Below, piece after piece: positions 50,901 through 62,444 of a stretch of 64,000 nucleotides of DNA. The notes beneath the pieces are model-generated. The model made no database searches, was not told the origin of the DNA, and was given only the letters and a program-made list of their open reading frames with translations. Origin of the DNA: a virus. The position numbers were made by a program, and so were the translations under genes. Where the stretch lies: positions 9,657 through 73,656 of the IMG/VR virus record IMGVR_UViG_3300004369_000009; one strand, 5' to 3'. The stretch's first letter is position 1. Each line of letters begins with the position of its first letter.

Positions 50901-53900
50901 ATGCGGTTTGAGAGATAACCTGTGTACCAAGAACCTTAAATCCAGCAGGGTGAGCTGTTGTCTTAAATTGATTCTTCCACTCACGTACGTTGATTGGAGA
51001 ACTTACAACGTAAGAGAACTCTTGGAATCTATCTGAGTCATATAGACGCTGTTCATTAAGATCAAGAATACCAGTGGTTCTCTTAAACTGAGCTGTAGCA
51101 GTAGCGATTGGAGAAACTTGGAACGTAGCGTCTGCTTTATCAAAATCATGAATCTCACCGAATGCTTTAGTCTCAATACCAAAGATTGGTTGATTAAGTT
51201 CAAACTCCCCAGACTGAACTTCAACTGACAAAATTCTACCAAATGGATCCCATGCTTTAACAATACCGACAGCATTAAACGATGCTGTAGATGTACCCTG
51301 ATAAACTGTCTCACCAACAGCAAACGATGCAGGAGTCAAAGAAACATCAATTGAATCTCCAAGATCTGTAGTTGTGAGTTGGAATGTAGCGGTACCACCG
51401 CTACCAACAGTAGCGGGTCCAGTAAGTGTGACAGCAAGTCCACTAACTGCGTTAGCCAACGTAGTAGCAAGCCACATTTGGTTAGAACCAAGACCATTAG
51501 TTAGGCTTGGAGCAATAGCATAGTAAATTCTATTGGTAAGCAAAGGTGGTGGTAGTCTACCATCAATTTCACGTAGCTCTACTTTAGTCCCAGTTGGGAT
51601 CTTAGTATTGTATGGGAAGTTGAGAGTATTGTTAGATGTAAGAGGTACAAATTGGTGAGTAACTCTAGCCAGAACATCAGGTGTAGATGAGAAACCCTTA
51701 CCTGGATTAATGACATCAATGCTTTGGATAACTTCATTATCTACGTTAACTTTCACTTCAAAACCAGATCCACCACCACCAACAAACTCAATAGTTGGTG
51801 TGGAGACGAAGGAATATCCACCATTAGTTACAGTGAAGAAATCTACAATTTGAGTTCTAACCAACTGGAGGTTATATGTTGTATTGACCTCTGGCTTGAG
51901 AGTTCTATCGTGAGAGTAGTTATAGGTAATGTTGTCACCACCAAGATTGATGATCTTACCAAGGTCACTAGACTTCAGAAGAATAGAAGCACCTCTACCA
52001 AGTTTCTGGTTAATAGCAATAATTGGAGCATTCTGGAACTTAGATCCAGCATTTTCAATGATAATCCTAGTTACTGATTCATCTACAATTTCTGCTCTCA
52101 ATACTGCATCAATACCAGTACCACCAGAAATAGCAACTTCTGGAGCAGACAAATATCCAGAACCAGAACTTGTTAGAATAATCTCGTCAATAGATGCGTT
52201 GATTGTAGTAGAAGTTTCTGCTGGTCTTACAAATTCCAGAGAATCAACTCTAAGAACAAAATCATCAGTTCCATCTACGCCGCCAGGAATTTGAGCGCCA
52301 GAAATCGTAATAAGGTCACCCAATGAATATGTACTGCCAACATTAGTTACTACAACAGAAATAATGTCCTGGGTAGAAGCATCGATAGTTATAGTAAATT
52401 CAACTCCAAAGCCACCAGTAGGAGCAACAGATTTTTGAGTTACGCCAGTATGAACTCCTGGAGTAAAGTTGGCAGAACTATTTTGGTTTTGAACTTCAGC
52501 AGTCTTAACACCACCGTAGTAAGGATTATCAATATAAATTGTTGGAGCCTTTCTATAATTTGATCCGCCATTGTTAATAGCGATATTCGCAATAGTTCCG
52601 AGCTCTGGACCACTAGGGGGTACAACCGCAGCAACTTGTGCGTGAGTTCCAGATACAGCAATAACTTCTGCTTGGTTAGGACCACTAAAGACTTTATTTC
52701 TCTGTGCGTTGCTAGCATTAAACATTAGGAATCCACGATTAGTAGCCCCTACCAGATTGTTTCTGAGTGGTTGGACTCTAAGAGTGGATGTATTGGGATT
52801 CCAGGAAATTACCTTACCACGAGCACTATCTCCAGATAGATCCTTCTCCGAAGTAATTACATCACCTTGAGAGAATGTGCCAAATACCTTATCTACAGTG
52901 AGGTCAACAAAATCTGGAAGACTACAATATACAGAAGGTGGATTAGATGGTTCATATCCAATTCCATTTTCAAGAATAGCAACGTCCTCCAAGAATCCAG
53001 AAATGGTTGCTGTGGCAGCAGCACCATTACCAGACCTTGTTACCCCAAGGAACTTAGGTAGAGTAGAATAATTTCTACCTTTATCACCAATATTAATAGA
53101 CGCAATACCGCCGCTAGGATAAATCGACGTTGTGGAGTAAATTACACCATTAGATTTCGAGTATCCACTATCTGGCTCATTTGGCAATATAAACGAAACT
53201 GTATTTTGAGTAACGGAAGTGACTGTATTGGATCCAATATAAGGATCTTGGATTACACTAAAATAACTACCACTTAGATTACCGTTGATATCAAAATAGA
53301 ACAACGTTCCAGGAATATCTTTAATGAGAACTTGAATGCCTAATTGTTGACCTGTTACTGGATCATTTTCTACATCTGTGATATTTTTGTAAGTAAAGAC
53401 ATTAGTGTTTTCCTTATCAAAGGTAAACTCTAGTCTTCTATTTTGATTGGAAACATCAGAAGTATTAAATGTATAAGCATGACCATTAATTAGATTCAAG
53501 TTTGGCTCTTGGCAGTAAATAACCGCCTGAGTTACGATTGCTTCATTTGGAATCGAAGATCCTGTTGGGATATTAAACTGGAATCTTCTCTGAGTTGTAG
53601 CACCAGTTACTACAAAGGTTCCATCATATTCAGATGGTTGACAACCAGTAACAACAACTTGATCTCCAGCTTTGAGGTTGTGGGAAGCACTAGATCTTAA
53701 AGTATATTCAATCAGTACATTATTTGGAGTAAGGGTAAATCCATTACCATTACCAATGTTTAGATTGTTGGCTGTCAGTTGCTCCCCAGCTCTATATCCA
53801 GAACCAGCTTTGGTTAGAACAACTGAACTGACTTCTTGATTGCTGTTGACAGTAATCGTAAATTCGGCACCCTCTCCAGAATCTTGACCATTGAACAGTG

Positions 53901-56900
53901 GGACATTAAAGTAAACGCCTTCAGTGTATCCACTGCCAGCAAAAATAACCCAATCCTGATCGATCAGGGAGCCAGTCTTAAGAACGGTACCAATATCAAC
54001 ACTAAATCCATTTCCACCGCCACCACCAATCTGTGCGTCATTTATCGTAAGAACATCTCCATCAAGATATCCTTTTCCTTGATTGGTAATAGTAATCGCA
54101 GTAACAGCACCACCAGTAACGGTGATATTAGCAATGGCACCAGAACCAGAACCACCACTAAGGCGTCTGCCATTATAAGTGCCGTTTAGATAATTTTCAC
54201 CACCAGTAATTACCAGTTCACCTTGCTGGATTCTACCAGGACTACTTTGGTAATAATCAGTAGCATCAAAGTAACTGAAGTTATATTTGTTATTAATGAT
54301 TTTGACATCAATATCCTTATTGATGTAATTGTCAGCAATACTTACATCAACAAATTCATCTGGTTTGATGAAATGTGGTTCCTCTGTGGTAATAGTAGCC
54401 GTGATAACATCAGTGTCGTTATTAACAGAGTATACTAATCCACTAACAACTTCTCCAGTGATTTTACCAACACGAGCAGAAATTCCACTGCCACCCGTGT
54501 TAGTTTCGTCGAAGATGAGTCGATCATTAACTTTATAGTCAAAGCCAGCACCTTCAATCAAGTATTGATCAATACCAGAGGAGAAATATCTGTTTGTAGC
54601 AGAAACATAAAGGGAATCTGTCTTACCGCCTTTAATTGTTGGGAAGTAATCATAGTAACCAATACCAACATCATCAAATACCAAGTATACTGGTTCGGTG
54701 CCACCATTAGTAAAGTTCTCCAAAATAATTGGAGTGGTAGCATCTTCCAGTGCTAGCAAGAATTCTTCTGGATCGCCAAGATCTTTTCTGCGAACGACAG
54801 ATTCATCAACTGCGATATATGGAGCCTTATAACGAACAGCATCTTCAGTAAATAGACGCTGAAGACCATTACCAGTCCAGTTGATACTATCTGCTTGAGA
54901 GTAGAAGTCTGGACCAATAAAATAAGGGAATTTAGGATTACCTGTTGTACCATCAATGGCACAGAAGTATGCGTATACACCACCAGGATACTCTGGAGTT
55001 ACGCAGAAACGACCGTTGTAGCGATCAAGGTCACCAGACCCTTCAATATATTCGTAGTCTTCAATGTAGGTACCCATACGGTCAGTCAGACCCTGTACAA
55101 GCGCATCTCTGCTGGTTCTCAGCCTATAGCTGGAAACCATCTGCTTATACTGGTTAAATGGGTTTTTATTCTCCCTATCAGCGTATCCATAAGGACCATA
55201 GATGGGATGACCATCAAAAGCCCAACCAAGGATAGGCGAGTGCCTAGTTGGATTAAGTTCTGCGTTATTTCCGTCGCTAACGTTATCTTTTAGTAAGAAG
55301 CGAAGCTTCTTGGGGTTGTACATATATCCATATTCACCACCATATACCGCAAAGTTAGATCCTCGAATGGAAACTCCATTAGCAGCATCAGCAACTTTAT
55401 ATGGAGACATCTGAGAACTTGTCAGACCGAATTCTTCTGGAGTTGCGGCTTTGTTATAGTTAAGGACAGGCAGTTCTACTTGGAAAGAAGCACCTGTACC
55501 AGGATAGACAATATCAACAAATGTCTTACCAGCGGTATATCCAATACCACCGTTTGTAACTCTAATAGCAGTAACTTGCTGAGAATTAGAATCAATCTCA
55601 GCAAAAGCCACAGCACCTACGCCATCACCAGTAATGATAACGTCAGGAGGACCATAGTAGTTTTTACCACCATATGTCAGAATGATAGAAACAATTCTTC
55701 CATTAACAATGGAAGGATATGCTACAGCACCTGTACCAGAAATTAGAGTGATATTTGGTCTTTCATCGTAATTGGATCCAGGGTTTGTAATAGTAATACC
55801 ATCAGATTCCAATCCGCCACGAACAACGGCTTCAGCAGTAGCACCACTTCCACCACCACCACTCAGAGTTACAGTTGGTACACCAGTATATCCAGAACCC
55901 TCAGCAGTGACACTAATAGCAGTAACCACGCCAGAAGTAATAGTGGCAGTAGCAGCTGCTTGTACTGTAGGATTACCACCGCTAATAGAAACAGTAGGAG
56001 CAGTGGTATAATTTGAACCACCATTTGTCACGTTAATCGAAAATACTCTACCAGAAACAGATACTGTAGCTTCAGCAGAAACACCTTCAAGTTCCCACAG
56101 GCAAGAACCATCTACAGTAAGGCTACCGTCAACAGCAGTGGGTTCAGTTCCACGTTCTGCGGATTTACCACTACCAAGGTTTTTATATCTGTTACCAACG
56201 CTATTGCGAACTCTCTGGTTAATGAAATAGTTAGTTCCTGGTTTCCAAAGTGGTTCAAATTCTACAATAGGTGGATTGGTGATATCATAACCATCACCAG
56301 GGTTAAGTACGCTAATTTCACTAATACCACCATAAAGTCGGAAATCTTCCGATTTATATGAAAAAAATGGTACACCATTTACACCAATACCAATTTGACC
56401 CACTGGAGTTGGAGTCTTAGTTGATTTTGTAAGGGTAGTTCTAGGAATACGTTTTAGGTAACGTTGGTTACCAGGATCTAGATCGATACCTTGGAAAAAT
56501 GGTCCAATTTTATGGCTAGGCAAACCGCTAGAAGCAATGATAGCATGGTCATCACTTCTGTAGGTATTTTGGATATCAGCAGGAATATTTTTAACAATGT
56601 TGTTGATGCTGGTGTCAGTAGAGCTGGATTTTGCGAATTCCCTAGTAATCAGAAAATCACCATTAACACCAGCAATAGGAATGACATTTAAGCGAACTGT
56701 AAACTGAGTATCGTTCGCAGTACCAATAACATTGAAAGTTTGATTATATACGTCTTCTGGAGCATTGAGAACAACAACTGTGTCATCACGACGTAATCCG
56801 TGAGGCTTTGAAGTTGTAATCAAAGCTTCTACTCTTCCCTGAGAGTCTGGGGAAGATAATTCAATTTTTGTACCAGTAAGAAGCTTCTTAACGTTGTAAA

Positions 56901-58281
56901 TAAACGAACCCCAGATTGGCTCTAGAGAATCAAAACCAGGAGCAGCAGGAGTAGTGACTTTAGAGTCTTGTACGTAGTATTTGCCGCCATTAGTGAGGTT
57001 GACACCTCTAGTGCCACCAAATACAGCAATCTCAATTCTACTTTGATCTACATTAGAATATCCGTAAATACCAAACGCAGAAATGACTTCAGAACCAGAT
57101 AAGTGTGGACGAAGTTCAGTATTCTGCCTAGCACGAGTTACTCCAAGAAATTGAGTTACAGTTTTATCTTCATACTCAAAAATTTCACTGTTAATACGGA
57201 AACTTCCGTTAGTCTCTGGCCAACCGAGTGTAGAATCAACAGTAACGAATCCATGGTCAAGATTTGAACTAAGATCTTCGGAAAGAACCGTTTTATATGG
57301 TGTGGTGAATTCACCTTTACCATTTTCAGTATCTACATCCAATTCGTAGATTTTACCGTCTTCGGTAAAAACTTCTACAACAGTTTTGACATAAATTCGG
57401 GCATCCTTTACATTAGAGTCATTGAGATCAGCATCTTGGTACAAAACTTCCCCTGTAAGTTCTACGGGGTTACCAGAGATGGCTTTGGCACGAATAATTT
57501 CTCTGGTGCTATAGTAAGCATCAGATGGTTTGAAAATTCTATCTTTAGGGTATAGAATTGTAGATTCTACACCAAAAAGAACCCTCATCAGATATTTGAA
57601 GGATCTGGAGGTTCCTTTAGCCGCATAAAAGTCTTTCAGTCGTTTTGTGACTGAAGAATCCCTAATACCCTCGGCAAACTTATTAGGGAACGATTCAGAG
57701 AACTGAGTTCTGAATCTTTCAAGAATAAACAGCGCAAAGAAGTTATTAAGGTTGATTACCTCAGATTGGAAAGCATGTTCTGCTGGTTCGGACTCAGCAA
57801 ACGTATATTCCTTGATTAAACCAATATTTGTCGTCGCGTGGAAACCACGAACACACCCTCTGAACTGAGTGTTAGTTTTTTCTCTGTAGTATATAATTTC
57901 TTCGTCAATAAGGATTAAACCCTCAGAAGGGAAGTCCTTAGTATTCTGTACGTCAATAATGCCAGCATCAACCGACACTGAGCCTGCAGTTACTGTAGAT
58001 TCGACAAGATCGTTGAGATTGTCGATATTATAGTAGTCATCAAAGTTCCCAATGATGTCCAGGGGATTACCCTTCAGTTCTTGGCTCCTATAGTAATACT
58101 TTAGGAACTGAATGAAGTCAGGATAATCTTCTCTGATAAATTGAGGTAAAAATTCCTCAACTCTATCAGATATTCTGTCTTTAACATCAGGTGAGACTGT
58201 AGCGTCAATGGGAGAGACTCCAACCGATGTGGAGGGAGTCTGCCAAGACGCTACGCGCCAAGATGACCTTTCAATTGCCAT
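44944..58281 (-). CDS. gp7: Baseplate wedge initiator gp7 (4445 aa) with a YHYH-like domain and six phycobiliprotein-like helical domains
   Basis: [35 protein letters not shown]...HPAGF; position between gp6 and gp8. Confidence 0.9.
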   Translation of the reverse strand: MAIERSSWRVASWQTPSTSVGVSPIDATVSPDVKDRISDRVEEFLPQFIREDYPDFIQFLKYYYRSQELKGNPLDIIGNFDDYYNIDNLNDLVESTVTAGSVSVDAGIIDVQNTKDFPSEGLILIDEEIIYYREKTNTQFRGCVRGFHATTNIGLIKEYTFAESEPAEHAFQSEVINLNNFFALFILERFRTQFSESFPNKFAEGIRDSSVTKRLKDFYAAKGTSRSFKYLMRVLFGVESTILYPKDRIFKPSDAYYSTREIIRAKAISGNPVELTGEVLYQDADLNDSNVKDARIYVKTVVEVFTEDGKIYELDVDTENGKGEFTTPYKTVLSEDLSSNLDHGFVTVDSTLGWPETNGSFRINSEIFEYEDKTVTQFLGVTRARQNTELRPHLSGSEVISAFGIYGYSNVDQSRIEIAVFGGTRGVNLTNGGKYYVQDSKVTTPAAPGFDSLEPIWGSFIYNVKKLLTGTKIELSSPDSQGRVEALITTSKPHGLRRDDTVVVLNAPEDVYNQTFNVIGTANDTQFTVRLNVIPIAGVNGDFLITREFAKSSSTDTSINNIVKNIPADIQNTYRSDDHAIIASSGLPSHKIGPFFQGIDLDPGNQRYLKRIPRTTLTKSTKTPTPVGQIGIGVNGVPFFSYKSEDFRLYGGISEISVLNPGDGYDITNPPIVEFEPLWKPGTNYFINQRVRNSVGNRYKNLGSGKSAERGTEPTAVDGSLTVDGSCLWELEGVSAEATVSVSGRVFSINVTNGGSNYTTAPTVSISGGNPTVQAAATATITSGVVTAISVTAEGSGYTGVPTVTLSGGGGSGATAEAVVRGGLESDGITITNPGSNYDERPNITLISGTGAVAYPSIVNGRIVSIILTYGGKNYYGPPDVIITGDGVGAVAFAEIDSNSQQVTAIRVTNGGIGYTAGKTFVDIVYPGTGASFQVELPVLNYNKAATPEEFGLTSSQMSPYKVADAANGVSIRGSNFAVYGGEYGYMYNPKKLRFLLKDNVSDGNNAELNPTRHSPILGWAFDGHPIYGPYGYADRENKNPFNQYKQMVSSYRLRTSRDALVQGLTDRMGTYIEDYEYIEGSGDLDRYNGRFCVTPEYPGGVYAYFCAIDGTTGNPKFPYFIGPDFYSQADSINWTGNGLQRLFTEDAVRYKAPYIAVDESVVRRKDLGDPEEFLLALEDATTPIILENFTNGGTEPVYLVFDDVGIGYYDYFPTIKGGKTDSLYVSATNRYFSSGIDQYLIEGAGFDYKVNDRLIFDETNTGGSGISARVGKITGEVVSGLVYSVNNDTDVITATITTEEPHFIKPDEFVDVSIADNYINKDIDVKIINNKYNFSYFDATDYYQSSPGRIQQGELVITGGENYLNGTYNGRRLSGGSGSGAIANITVTGGAVTAITITNQGKGYLDGDVLTINDAQIGGGGGNGFSVDIGTVLKTGSLIDQDWVIFAGSGYTEGVYFNVPLFNGQDSGEGAEFTITVNSNQEVSSVVLTKAGSGYRAGEQLTANNLNIGNGNGFTLTPNNVLIEYTLRSSASHNLKAGDQVVVTGCQPSEYDGTFVVTGATTQRRFQFNIPTGSSIPNEAIVTQAVIYCQEPNLNLINGHAYTFNTSDVSNQNRRLEFTFDKENTNVFTYKNITDVENDPVTGQQLGIQVLIKDIPGTLFYFDINGNLSGSYFSVIQDPYIGSNTVTSVTQNTVSFILPNEPDSGYSKSNGVIYSTTSIYPSGGIASINIGDKGRNYSTLPKFLGVTRSGNGAAATATISGFLEDVAILENGIGYEPSNPPSVYCSLPDFVDLTVDKVFGTFSQGDVITSEKDLSGDSARGKVISWNPNTSTLRVQPLRNNLVGATNRGFLMFNASNAQRNKVFSGPNQAEVIAVSGTHAQVAAVVPPSGPELGTIANIAINNGGSNYRKAPTIYIDNPYYGGVKTAEVQNQNSSANFTPGVHTGVTQKSVAPTGGFGVEFTITIDASTQDIISVVVTNVGSTYSLGDLITISGAQIPGGVDGTDDFVLRVDSLEFVRPAETSTTINASIDEIILTSSGSGYLSAPEVAISGGTGIDAVLRAEIVDESVTRIIIENAGSKFQNAPIIAINQKLGRGASILLKSSDLGKIINLGGDNITYNYSHDRTLKPEVNTTYNLQLVRTQIVDFFTVTNGGYSFVSTPTIEFVGGGGSGFEVKVNVDNEVIQSIDVINPGKGFSSTPDVLARVTHQFVPLTSNNTLNFPYNTKIPTGTKVELREIDGRLPPPLLTNRIYYAIAPSLTNGLGSNQMWLATTLANAVSGLAVTLTGPATVGSGGTATFQLTTTDLGDSIDVSLTPASFAVGETVYQGTSTASFNAVGIVKAWDPFGRILSVEVQSGEFELNQPIFGIETKAFGEIHDFDKADATFQVSPIATATAQFKRTTGILDLNEQRLYDSDRFQEFSYVVSSPINVREWKNQFKTTAHPAGFKVLGTQVISQTAFKRYNAASFNNPSNPDPNNWYAQRFGNEFQSFNGTTFFTPKPSASNAGKLSRIQNYFMGKPDYTSSVPTNVLVQGKQLLDVQRILSAIVNKLDKIESKTYTFDGTDPAVVLDASDTLALTNHGFITGQKANYSAPADRYQDARDLILKNIDYIIDQSIVWLEANYPALTDGSKPDYDRTICARDLRLVVVAWVNDLRYGGNAFTWDAVQEYIGGVGTIGNRYANARQSILDNKVLIAEEAVGRMLADPNNIAFTVPTGNNQDCIDDVIDILEALAYNLSFGGNSEVYDAANLYITGAHVSGEETQTIEVFNHARDMAIQAMQNYPINPQYTSQTQVFDNTITKDPAGYISDRHADARNLILSNKTQIAVTAVDRMLSNFPTFSVPNGRVNCEDDIVDVLEALAENMSRGGNDEIWDAANYYVTGTHILGEETESIYAFEQARDIAILVIQNKPVGDMSGQVFDLTITDDTAPADDPSYVKCADQVSAITTLMDIVTAAITAPLSHLVENRTEKTGGYVASCQNVASSITSLMTILTDAVDSGANGPFGSLTRTVPNNSVYYIGGEEEETIGAIQYARDLAKQAIVNQLPVTDITITLDTNGCTDVKNTIDTLAEIVWGGIDNPSSVPERNPGYYPEIANSVPIGGLDANTDYYIIRVDDDNLKLATTKANATAGTAVPLTGVSTGIKHKLTVAFDDETVDYQLRFRDTEITPLNKNQLMVTINGIVQNPVSYSLSGSTLTFSEPPIKDSVCIIMYYQRQDISGNFQLDIFGDVITSLNTTDGIYQGSGYTPGVYNNVAFTNKIGNGTGATGNITITNVLDTATNVTADRFGDARVLINNNARLIADVAVGLMNRFGTPQANRFADASTLITTNKNFIANEAVERMLLDIPFEVQSNRHFDAYNTILANKNLLAYEAYHLMSTVDFPGFVTPTGNSQDCIDDLLDIVDAVAFNVLHGANNQVWDAANYYVGTTHIDGEEQQTLAAIGRLEELMELAIDNQTISITGSHGYTQTIDSGITNVSGGCTNVISGVNTLIDIIELAIQTDLMTHATRTEPAAFTVPNGNVNCIDDVVDVMEALSINVKYGSNSEIYDAAAYYVGTSHLDGEEIHSKYVYREATKIAKEVIDNTAVTVRGSHGISQVTDSSITNVVGGCTNVTAAIDTLMNIIEVAIDTDSLSTFTRTAPTGFNSPGIGDEQCKSDTVDILRAVGVNVAFGGNHVLWDNLDMYFNGGHVQGEEAETQYVFEEARQMVKKAINNETYETYSQYNFSTRSQYKDPSITSVSGGCTNVISTIETLMDFAYTVIGQGNFNTFTRTVGQCGDGYEGAPTIVQSGYTAVTDGAISAVLSSEGFIKSIAVTQPGVGYNNVPTVVIKSNSGFNATATATISGGAVTGINVTYGGYGYDDVVVEIINDPADTITTTALASATVGRFIERLEVQQTGKDYNQAPTLAFTGGNPTTAATNPIARVTGAVTDVALVNGGSNYLNTDMLGVDAADVGGTVINSFQIEVETVTFDGTTTSYPAKVGGTGYTLPGNDRFLLFLNSHIQELGVSYSYTGTPSTINFTEAPLGNMDFYCFYVGQLKDLDPIAPFFDNERKTFILKKNDQPFSLESDSPAVIPANNIIMFMNGVYQEPEVSFVLNGSILEFTEAPRAGAECLTFIYTGSDLDITVEDTYNSIDPGDLLRIDSEGENRILAQIASSSSIETYEYTGLQPSVASFEAVVVGGKVVKVNIIDAGGNYEYPPFLSFNGGGGTGASARTIIEQGSGKVIEVIDLQGGSNYVNAPTVQTFHPVAVERTQRDRTISNSRFLYTAILSSSITDTAQTIPCQDFGYDAGEGFPSDGEIMIPYWNGTNWSVERVLYGTVDYNANTFVVTTNGRGYKRTGPSLGVGHNINIENGTWTANGTTISVTMSSDHNLETGMERYIFFTSGGTVPGSGGTLSYSSLNGVYKVTKTGDATFTITSTVALQETSATLQIRPIVRLYA
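46987..48420 (-). repeat. Three nested helical domains in gp7 (cluster 2)
   Basis: CIDD, CIDD and CKSD motifs, plus three GGCTNV closing helices. Confidence 0.85.
49039..50493 (-). repeat. Three nested helical domains in gp7 (cluster 1)
   Basis: CARD, CIDD and CEDD motifs; closing helices CADQV, CQNV and CTDV. Confidence 0.85.
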
Positions 58282-58287
58282 TAGGGT

Positions 58288-60141
58288 TTAACTATAGCTG
58301 GACTCTGGGATAATACCTGTACCTGCGGTATTGGAACCGCTCGCAATCTCATCATCAATTACATTTACCACTAGGTTATCTATACCCAATGTCAAATAGG
58401 TTTCTCGGAGTGCTACGAGATCATTTGACTCAGGTACGACCGAAAACTGGAGAATATTTTGATTACTACCGACAACTTCATCAATGATCAAATCGTTGAT
58501 AGTGATTTCTCCTCTTTCATAATCAACACTTCCCCAATTACCACCAATATACTGGGTAGCACCATTTTCGGTAATGTAGAAGAGCCTTACAGTACCGAGA
58601 CCATCATCATTTAGGTAATATGTAAAATTGCCACCATCCACTCTCTTAAAACCATTAGAGGTGAAACTTGGAGACTCCAATTGTGCGTTGATTCTATTAC
58701 CAAAGCAAATAGTATAGTTAAAACGCTGGTTCAGGGATACGGTAACATTCTTTCGCATTCTGATGCGAGTGATATTTGATGTAACCGACTTTTCAGCATC
58801 GTCAATGATTTTCTGTAATTTTGAATACTTAAATTTGCCACCAAACTTGTTAAACTCCTTAGTTTGGTTAAGAGACTCCAGAGTCGTGAAAATGACCTGT
58901 TTGAGCTCCTCCTGGGAGCGTCTGGTGACATTTGGGTTAAAGTATACGAAAGAAGTTAAATCAATATAGACTACAGATGGATCTATAATCTTTGGCTCGA
59001 CTGCTCCTACAGAATAGTTGCGGATTTTCTTAAGAACTGCCTCTTTTTCGGAAATTGACAGTCTGTCAGCATTTTTGGGTTTAATGGCAATCATAACTTT
59101 GCCATATTCGGGAGGATCTGCTTGCTCTCCTCCGAATGCGACAATTGATTGGACATTTGGGTAAATTTGAGGAATAATCGACTCATAATCTTTAGTAGTT
59201 ACCGCTCTACCGAAACTAGAGTAGAATTTGGGTGCGGCATACTTGATAGAAGTCACAGATTCGGCTTCTGCGCCACCATCAGGAGCAGATTCGAGTGTCA
59301 GAGTGATTCCAGAGGTGATTGGGTTGTTAGACGAGTCCTTAATTGTGCCAGCGAACGTAAAATCGTCCAATCCGTTAGCACCAGAACCACTAGAAAGCGA
59401 ATAAGTCGCTTCAATGACATCACCATTCAAAAGTTTCTCTCCGATGATGCCATCACCGAAGATAAGTTCAAATCTTCTGTACTCAGACTCTTCTAAAAAG
59501 AAGTTTTTGCTGCTCTTATCGACAGCAGTAATATCAGTAGCCAAAAGATAGGCGTCAGTAACAGTTCCGCGAGTTACTTCAATCTTTAGGGTTGAAGTAT
59601 CGGCTTTTTCATTTCCAAGGATGAATCTTTGACGATCAGAAGTGTTTCTAACAAAAGTATCCTTAATGAAGATGCCTTCATAGGCAACAACATCATTAAA
59701 AGTCGCAATACCGTTCAGAGTATTGACAGAAACGATCAAATCTTTGGGAATTGAGAAAATATAGTTCGTATTTTCCTCACCAACGAAGCTTGCGAAGATT
59801 CCAGCGTTGATTTGGACCGCTTGAGGGTAAGGAAATGGAGTTTGGATCTCAACTTTGAAGGTAGCACGCGCAGATCTGTAACTTCTTGGCGTATAACCGA
59901 TCAATTTAGCCAATTTTACGACATTTTCGCGCAAAATTGCGCTGTCAAGGAAATTTTCGTTGACAATGAGGTTAGAACTGACCGCCGAATAGTAAGTATT
60001 GTAGGCGAGAACGTCTAAAAGGACCGAAAGTGACGATCCTTCAAAGTCATAATCCGAAAATTCGTCTTGACCAGCAAGATATGCCTTAAGTTGGGCTTTA
60101 ATCTCGTTAAATTCTAACGAGTTGACCTGGGTAAGTGCCAT
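58288..60141 (-). CDS. gp6: Baseplate wedge subunit gp6
   Basis: FSDYDFEGS.LS.LLD.LAYNTYY, ENFLDSA, RAVT..DY. Confidence 0.95.
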   Translation of the reverse strand: MALTQVNSLEFNEIKAQLKAYLAGQDEFSDYDFEGSSLSVLLDVLAYNTYYSAVSSNLIVNENFLDSAILRENVVKLAKLIGYTPRSYRSARATFKVEIQTPFPYPQAVQINAGIFASFVGEENTNYIFSIPKDLIVSVNTLNGIATFNDVVAYEGIFIKDTFVRNTSDRQRFILGNEKADTSTLKIEVTRGTVTDAYLLATDITAVDKSSKNFFLEESEYRRFELIFGDGIIGEKLLNGDVIEATYSLSSGSGANGLDDFTFAGTIKDSSNNPITSGITLTLESAPDGGAEAESVTSIKYAAPKFYSSFGRAVTTKDYESIIPQIYPNVQSIVAFGGEQADPPEYGKVMIAIKPKNADRLSISEKEAVLKKIRNYSVGAVEPKIIDPSVVYIDLTSFVYFNPNVTRRSQEELKQVIFTTLESLNQTKEFNKFGGKFKYSKLQKIIDDAEKSVTSNITRIRMRKNVTVSLNQRFNYTICFGNRINAQLESPSFTSNGFKRVDGGNFTYYLNDDGLGTVRLFYITENGATQYIGGNWGSVDYERGEITINDLIIDEVVGSNQNILQFSVVPESNDLVALRETYLTLGIDNLVVNVIDDEIASGSNTAGTGIIPESSYS

Positions 60142-60530
60142 TATTTCTTGAGGATGACTGCGATGTTGTCAATAACGTTTGGTAGACCTGTGATGAGATA
60201 GTATATCTCTACGTTGAGATCATTTTGGTCCTCAGTGAATTTCACTTGAACGTCATAACATACAACACGAGGTTCATATTCATTGACTAAGGTTTTCACC
60301 CTGTCCTCAAATTGGATCTTATTGCCAGATGACCAAAGTTCAAATAGTGGCGAAATTAGGTTTCCACCAAAAGCTGGTAGAAACGGCTTCTCATAGAAGT
60401 TGTAACGAACGATGTTCTTTACAGACTCTTTGATAGCCGCTTCATTCTTCAGAGTGTTAACATCGTCCGTGACGGGATTTTTCCGAAAGGAAAGATCAAA
60501 ATCCTTAAACGAACGGCTAGTGGATGCCAT
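60141..60530 (-). CDS. gp25: Baseplate wedge protein gp25
   Basis: FKDFDLSF..NPVT.D, AIKESVKN, EKPF.P.FG, YEPRV. Start probably at the second Met (60530). Confidence 0.92.
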   Translation of the reverse strand: MASTSRSFKDFDLSFRKNPVTDDVNTLKNEAAIKESVKNIVRYNFYEKPFLPAFGGNLISPLFELWSSGNKIQFEDRVKTLVNEYEPRVVCYDVQVKFTEDQNDLNVEIYYLITGLPNVIDNIAVILKK

Positions 60531-60551
60531 TTGCCACAACTCGACCTACTG

Positions 60552-60558
60552 TATTTAG
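60552..60558 (-). promoter_or_regulatory. Late promoter CTAAATA for gp25
   Basis: Consensus just upstream of gp25. Confidence 0.65.
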
Positions 60559-60577
60559 CAGGTTTTCTGAAAGGGCA

Positions 60578-60766
60578 CTATTCCCAGCGTTCTACGTAGT
60601 CATCAAATCCATTTTTCCCACCACACTGGCGAGAAAGGCGATTTGAGGGTGGTTCGTTAAGTTTTGCCTTGGTTGATTTTAGATATTTATCAGCTGCTGG
60701 AGAGGTAATTAGTACCATTCCGCTCTCAATGAACTCTTTACCGACATCTACAGGTGAGTTAGCCAT
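60578..60766 (-). CDS. Hypothetical protein (62 aa)
   Basis: ATG with a strong AGGAGG Shine-Dalgarno sequence. Confidence 0.75.
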   Translation of the reverse strand: MANSPVDVGKEFIESGMVLITSPAADKYLKSTKAKLNEPPSNRLSRQCGGKNGFDDYVERWE

Positions 60767-60773
60767 AAAAAAT

Positions 60774-60836
60774 CCTCCTAAAAGTCTCGAAAGAGAACTT
60801 TTTAGGAGGTTGCTATCTCCGTGAGTAGTTATTTAG
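60774..60836 (-). promoter_or_regulatory. Late promoter CTAAATA followed by a structured leader that sequesters the Shine-Dalgarno sequence
   Basis: CCTCCTAAAAAGTTCTC-TTTC-GAGACTTTTAGGAGG hairpin (60774-60809); promoter at 60830-60836. Confidence 0.55.
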
Positions 60837-60838
60837 AA

Positions 60839-60982
60839 CTACTTTCCTTGCCCACGGTACTTTTTCTTTGCTTTGTTACGAGAAGTAGCAGCGCATTTGG
60901 TGTTCTTAGAGCTACCCTGACGAGTGCACTTGGGCTTAGACTCCAATTTTACGTTGCCAGTGAACGAAGGACGCTTTGCCAT
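60839..60982 (-). CDS. Small, very basic protein (47 aa), below the ORF-track cutoff
   Basis: MAKRPSFTGNVKLESKPKCTRQGSSKNTKCAATSRNKAKKKYRGQGK; has its own sigma70 promoter. Confidence 0.8.
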   Translation of the reverse strand: MAKRPSFTGNVKLESKPKCTRQGSSKNTKCAATSRNKAKKKYRGQGK

Positions 60983-61009
60983 GGTCGTTTTTCTGTGTGT
61001 TACCCCAAA

Positions 61010-61038
61010 ATCATAGAGCCAAAGCGAGTTTTTGTCAA
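61010..61038 (-). promoter_or_regulatory. Sigma70-type promoter TTGACA-N17-TATGAT
   Basis: -35 at 61038-61033 and -10 at 61015-61010, about 28 nt upstream of ATG 60982. Confidence 0.75.
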
Positions 61039-61039
61039 C

Positions 61040-61357
61040 TCAGTCCCCGATGTAGACTTTTTTAGCGCCTTCGGAGATGCCATGGTTGGCAACTTTGCTC
61101 CCGCAAGCGATGTCAGAACCCAATCGAGCGCATTTTTTGCCGTTTACAAAGACTGTATTCGATCCAGTAGTGATTTTTCTTGCCGCTGGGGCGTGAGTAG
61201 TGCTATCACAAGTGTGTGCTGACCACTCATCAGTCACTCTACCGACGTTTTGACCGCCCGCATAGACGTTTGGAGACCCCGCAGGGAGGGTTGTGGGGGG
61301 AAAACAACCGTGTCCAGTACAATATCCGCCAACAACCGATGGTGTAGTGCTAGCCAT
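61040..61357 (-). CDS. PAAR spike-tip protein (gp5.4-like)
   Basis: CTGHGCFPP, GSPNV, HTC...H, GSNTVFVNGK..ARLG..IACGS. Confidence 0.9.
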   Translation of the reverse strand: MASTTPSVVGGYCTGHGCFPPTTLPAGSPNVYAGGQNVGRVTDEWSAHTCDSTTHAPAARKITTGSNTVFVNGKKCARLGSDIACGSKVANHGISEGAKKVYIGD

Positions 61358-61362
61358 AATGA

Positions 61363-62007
61363 TTAATATCGAGTTTGAGTGAGTGCGGTGCCCAATTTAT
61401 CTCTACCTAAGTCCCAATTATTCTTCAAAGTCTGAGTAACAGTGAAAGTATAGGTCACAGGGGCGCCAGAACAGAGGGTAATTACATCATATGTATAGGT
61501 TAACGCCCTAGTGGCGCGGAAATCAGGCTTGTATCTGATGAATGTATCCACTGTAGATGGAAAATCATTCTCAAATTGACCACCTGTAGTATATGGATCT
61601 GGTTGAACATTGTCTTTGCTGATAGTAAAGATCTCACCACCTTCGCTTTCAGTGCTATCTAACTTAGTTATTGGTGTGTGAACCTGTTTTCCAGTCTCGT
61701 CGTCACGGTATTCCCATTCCCGCTCATCAAACAGGGTCTCATTAAAAGTCCCAATACAACTAATCGTAGGGAGAGTGCTGAGCACTGCTGTGGGTATATA
61801 CGTCAAACCGCCTACTGGATACCCTGGGCATAGTCCAGGATCGATTCCAGAGGCGACTGAAGGGGTTACAGAAGTCATTTCAACACTGACTAGAACCTCT
61901 AATGGAGATATGTCAGTGGGGCATGGCTCAAGGATAACCGTGATCGTATCCGAAAATGGGATCCCGATCGTAGCATCGTTAAAATTGTATTTGCTTAGGT
62001 ACGCCAT
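61363..62007 (-). CDS. Hypothetical (probably baseplate-associated) protein
   Basis: 214-aa ORF directly upstream of PAAR. Confidence 0.7.
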   Translation of the reverse strand: MAYLSKYNFNDATIGIPFSDTITVILEPCPTDISPLEVLVSVEMTSVTPSVASGIDPGLCPGYPVGGLTYIPTAVLSTLPTISCIGTFNETLFDEREWEYRDDETGKQVHTPITKLDSTESEGGEIFTISKDNVQPDPYTTGGQFENDFPSTVDTFIRYKPDFRATRALTYTYDVITLCSGAPVTYTFTVTQTLKNNWDLGRDKLGTALTQTRY

Positions 62008-62040
62008 GCCCTTTGAGTTCGCGGTTTTTACGCGATTTTT

Positions 62041-62247
62041 TTAATCGTCAGTGAGGTGATCTAAACACATCGGAGATGTTCCTACCTCAATACTATTTAA
62101 GCGTTTTTCATGGTCACAGACAACATCAACGAGTTTTTCATATTCCTCAGAGCCTGGACGGCGCATAAGGAGTGTCATGTCATTCAGACGCTTTTCGAGG
62201 GCTTCTACTTGACTCTTCAGCAGAAGAATCATGTCTAATTCGCTCAT
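62041..62247 (-). CDS. Hypothetical protein
   Basis: 68 aa; ATGA overlap with the upstream gene. Confidence 0.7.
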   Translation of the reverse strand: MSELDMILLLKSQVEALEKRLNDMTLLMRRPGSEEYEKLVDVVCDHEKRLNSIEVGTSPMCLDHLTDD

Positions 62248-62444
62248 AGTGATTCACAGGAGATACACTGTTCTTGTAGATTATACACTAACTTGTGATT
62301 GTCAGTGACAACATAAAATCCGTCTACATTTTGATCATCAGAACTATGGAAGCCATAGGTTCTCACTTTCTCGCATATACCGTCGATACAAAACTGCTTC
62401 GTACCTGCGAGGTATGAGTGAAAACGGTCATCCAGGTTAATCAT
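62244..62444 (-). CDS. Hypothetical protein
   Basis: 66 aa; ATGA overlap with the PPTase stop. Confidence 0.7.
   Translation of the reverse strand: MINLDDRFHSYLAGTKQFCIDGICEKVRTYGFHSSDDQNVDGFYVVTDNHKLVYNLQEQCISCESL

Noticed and set aside
15251-59496. Many long plus-strand ORFs (e.g. 15251-16822, 31429-32547, 46384-47601)
   Set aside because: They are Ser/Thr/Ile-rich antisense shadows caused by codon bias in the minus-strand structural genes, with no motifs or ribosome-binding sites.
60821-61222. 133-aa plus-strand ORF
   Set aside because: It is antisense to PAAR and the 47-aa basic gene, both of which are better supported.
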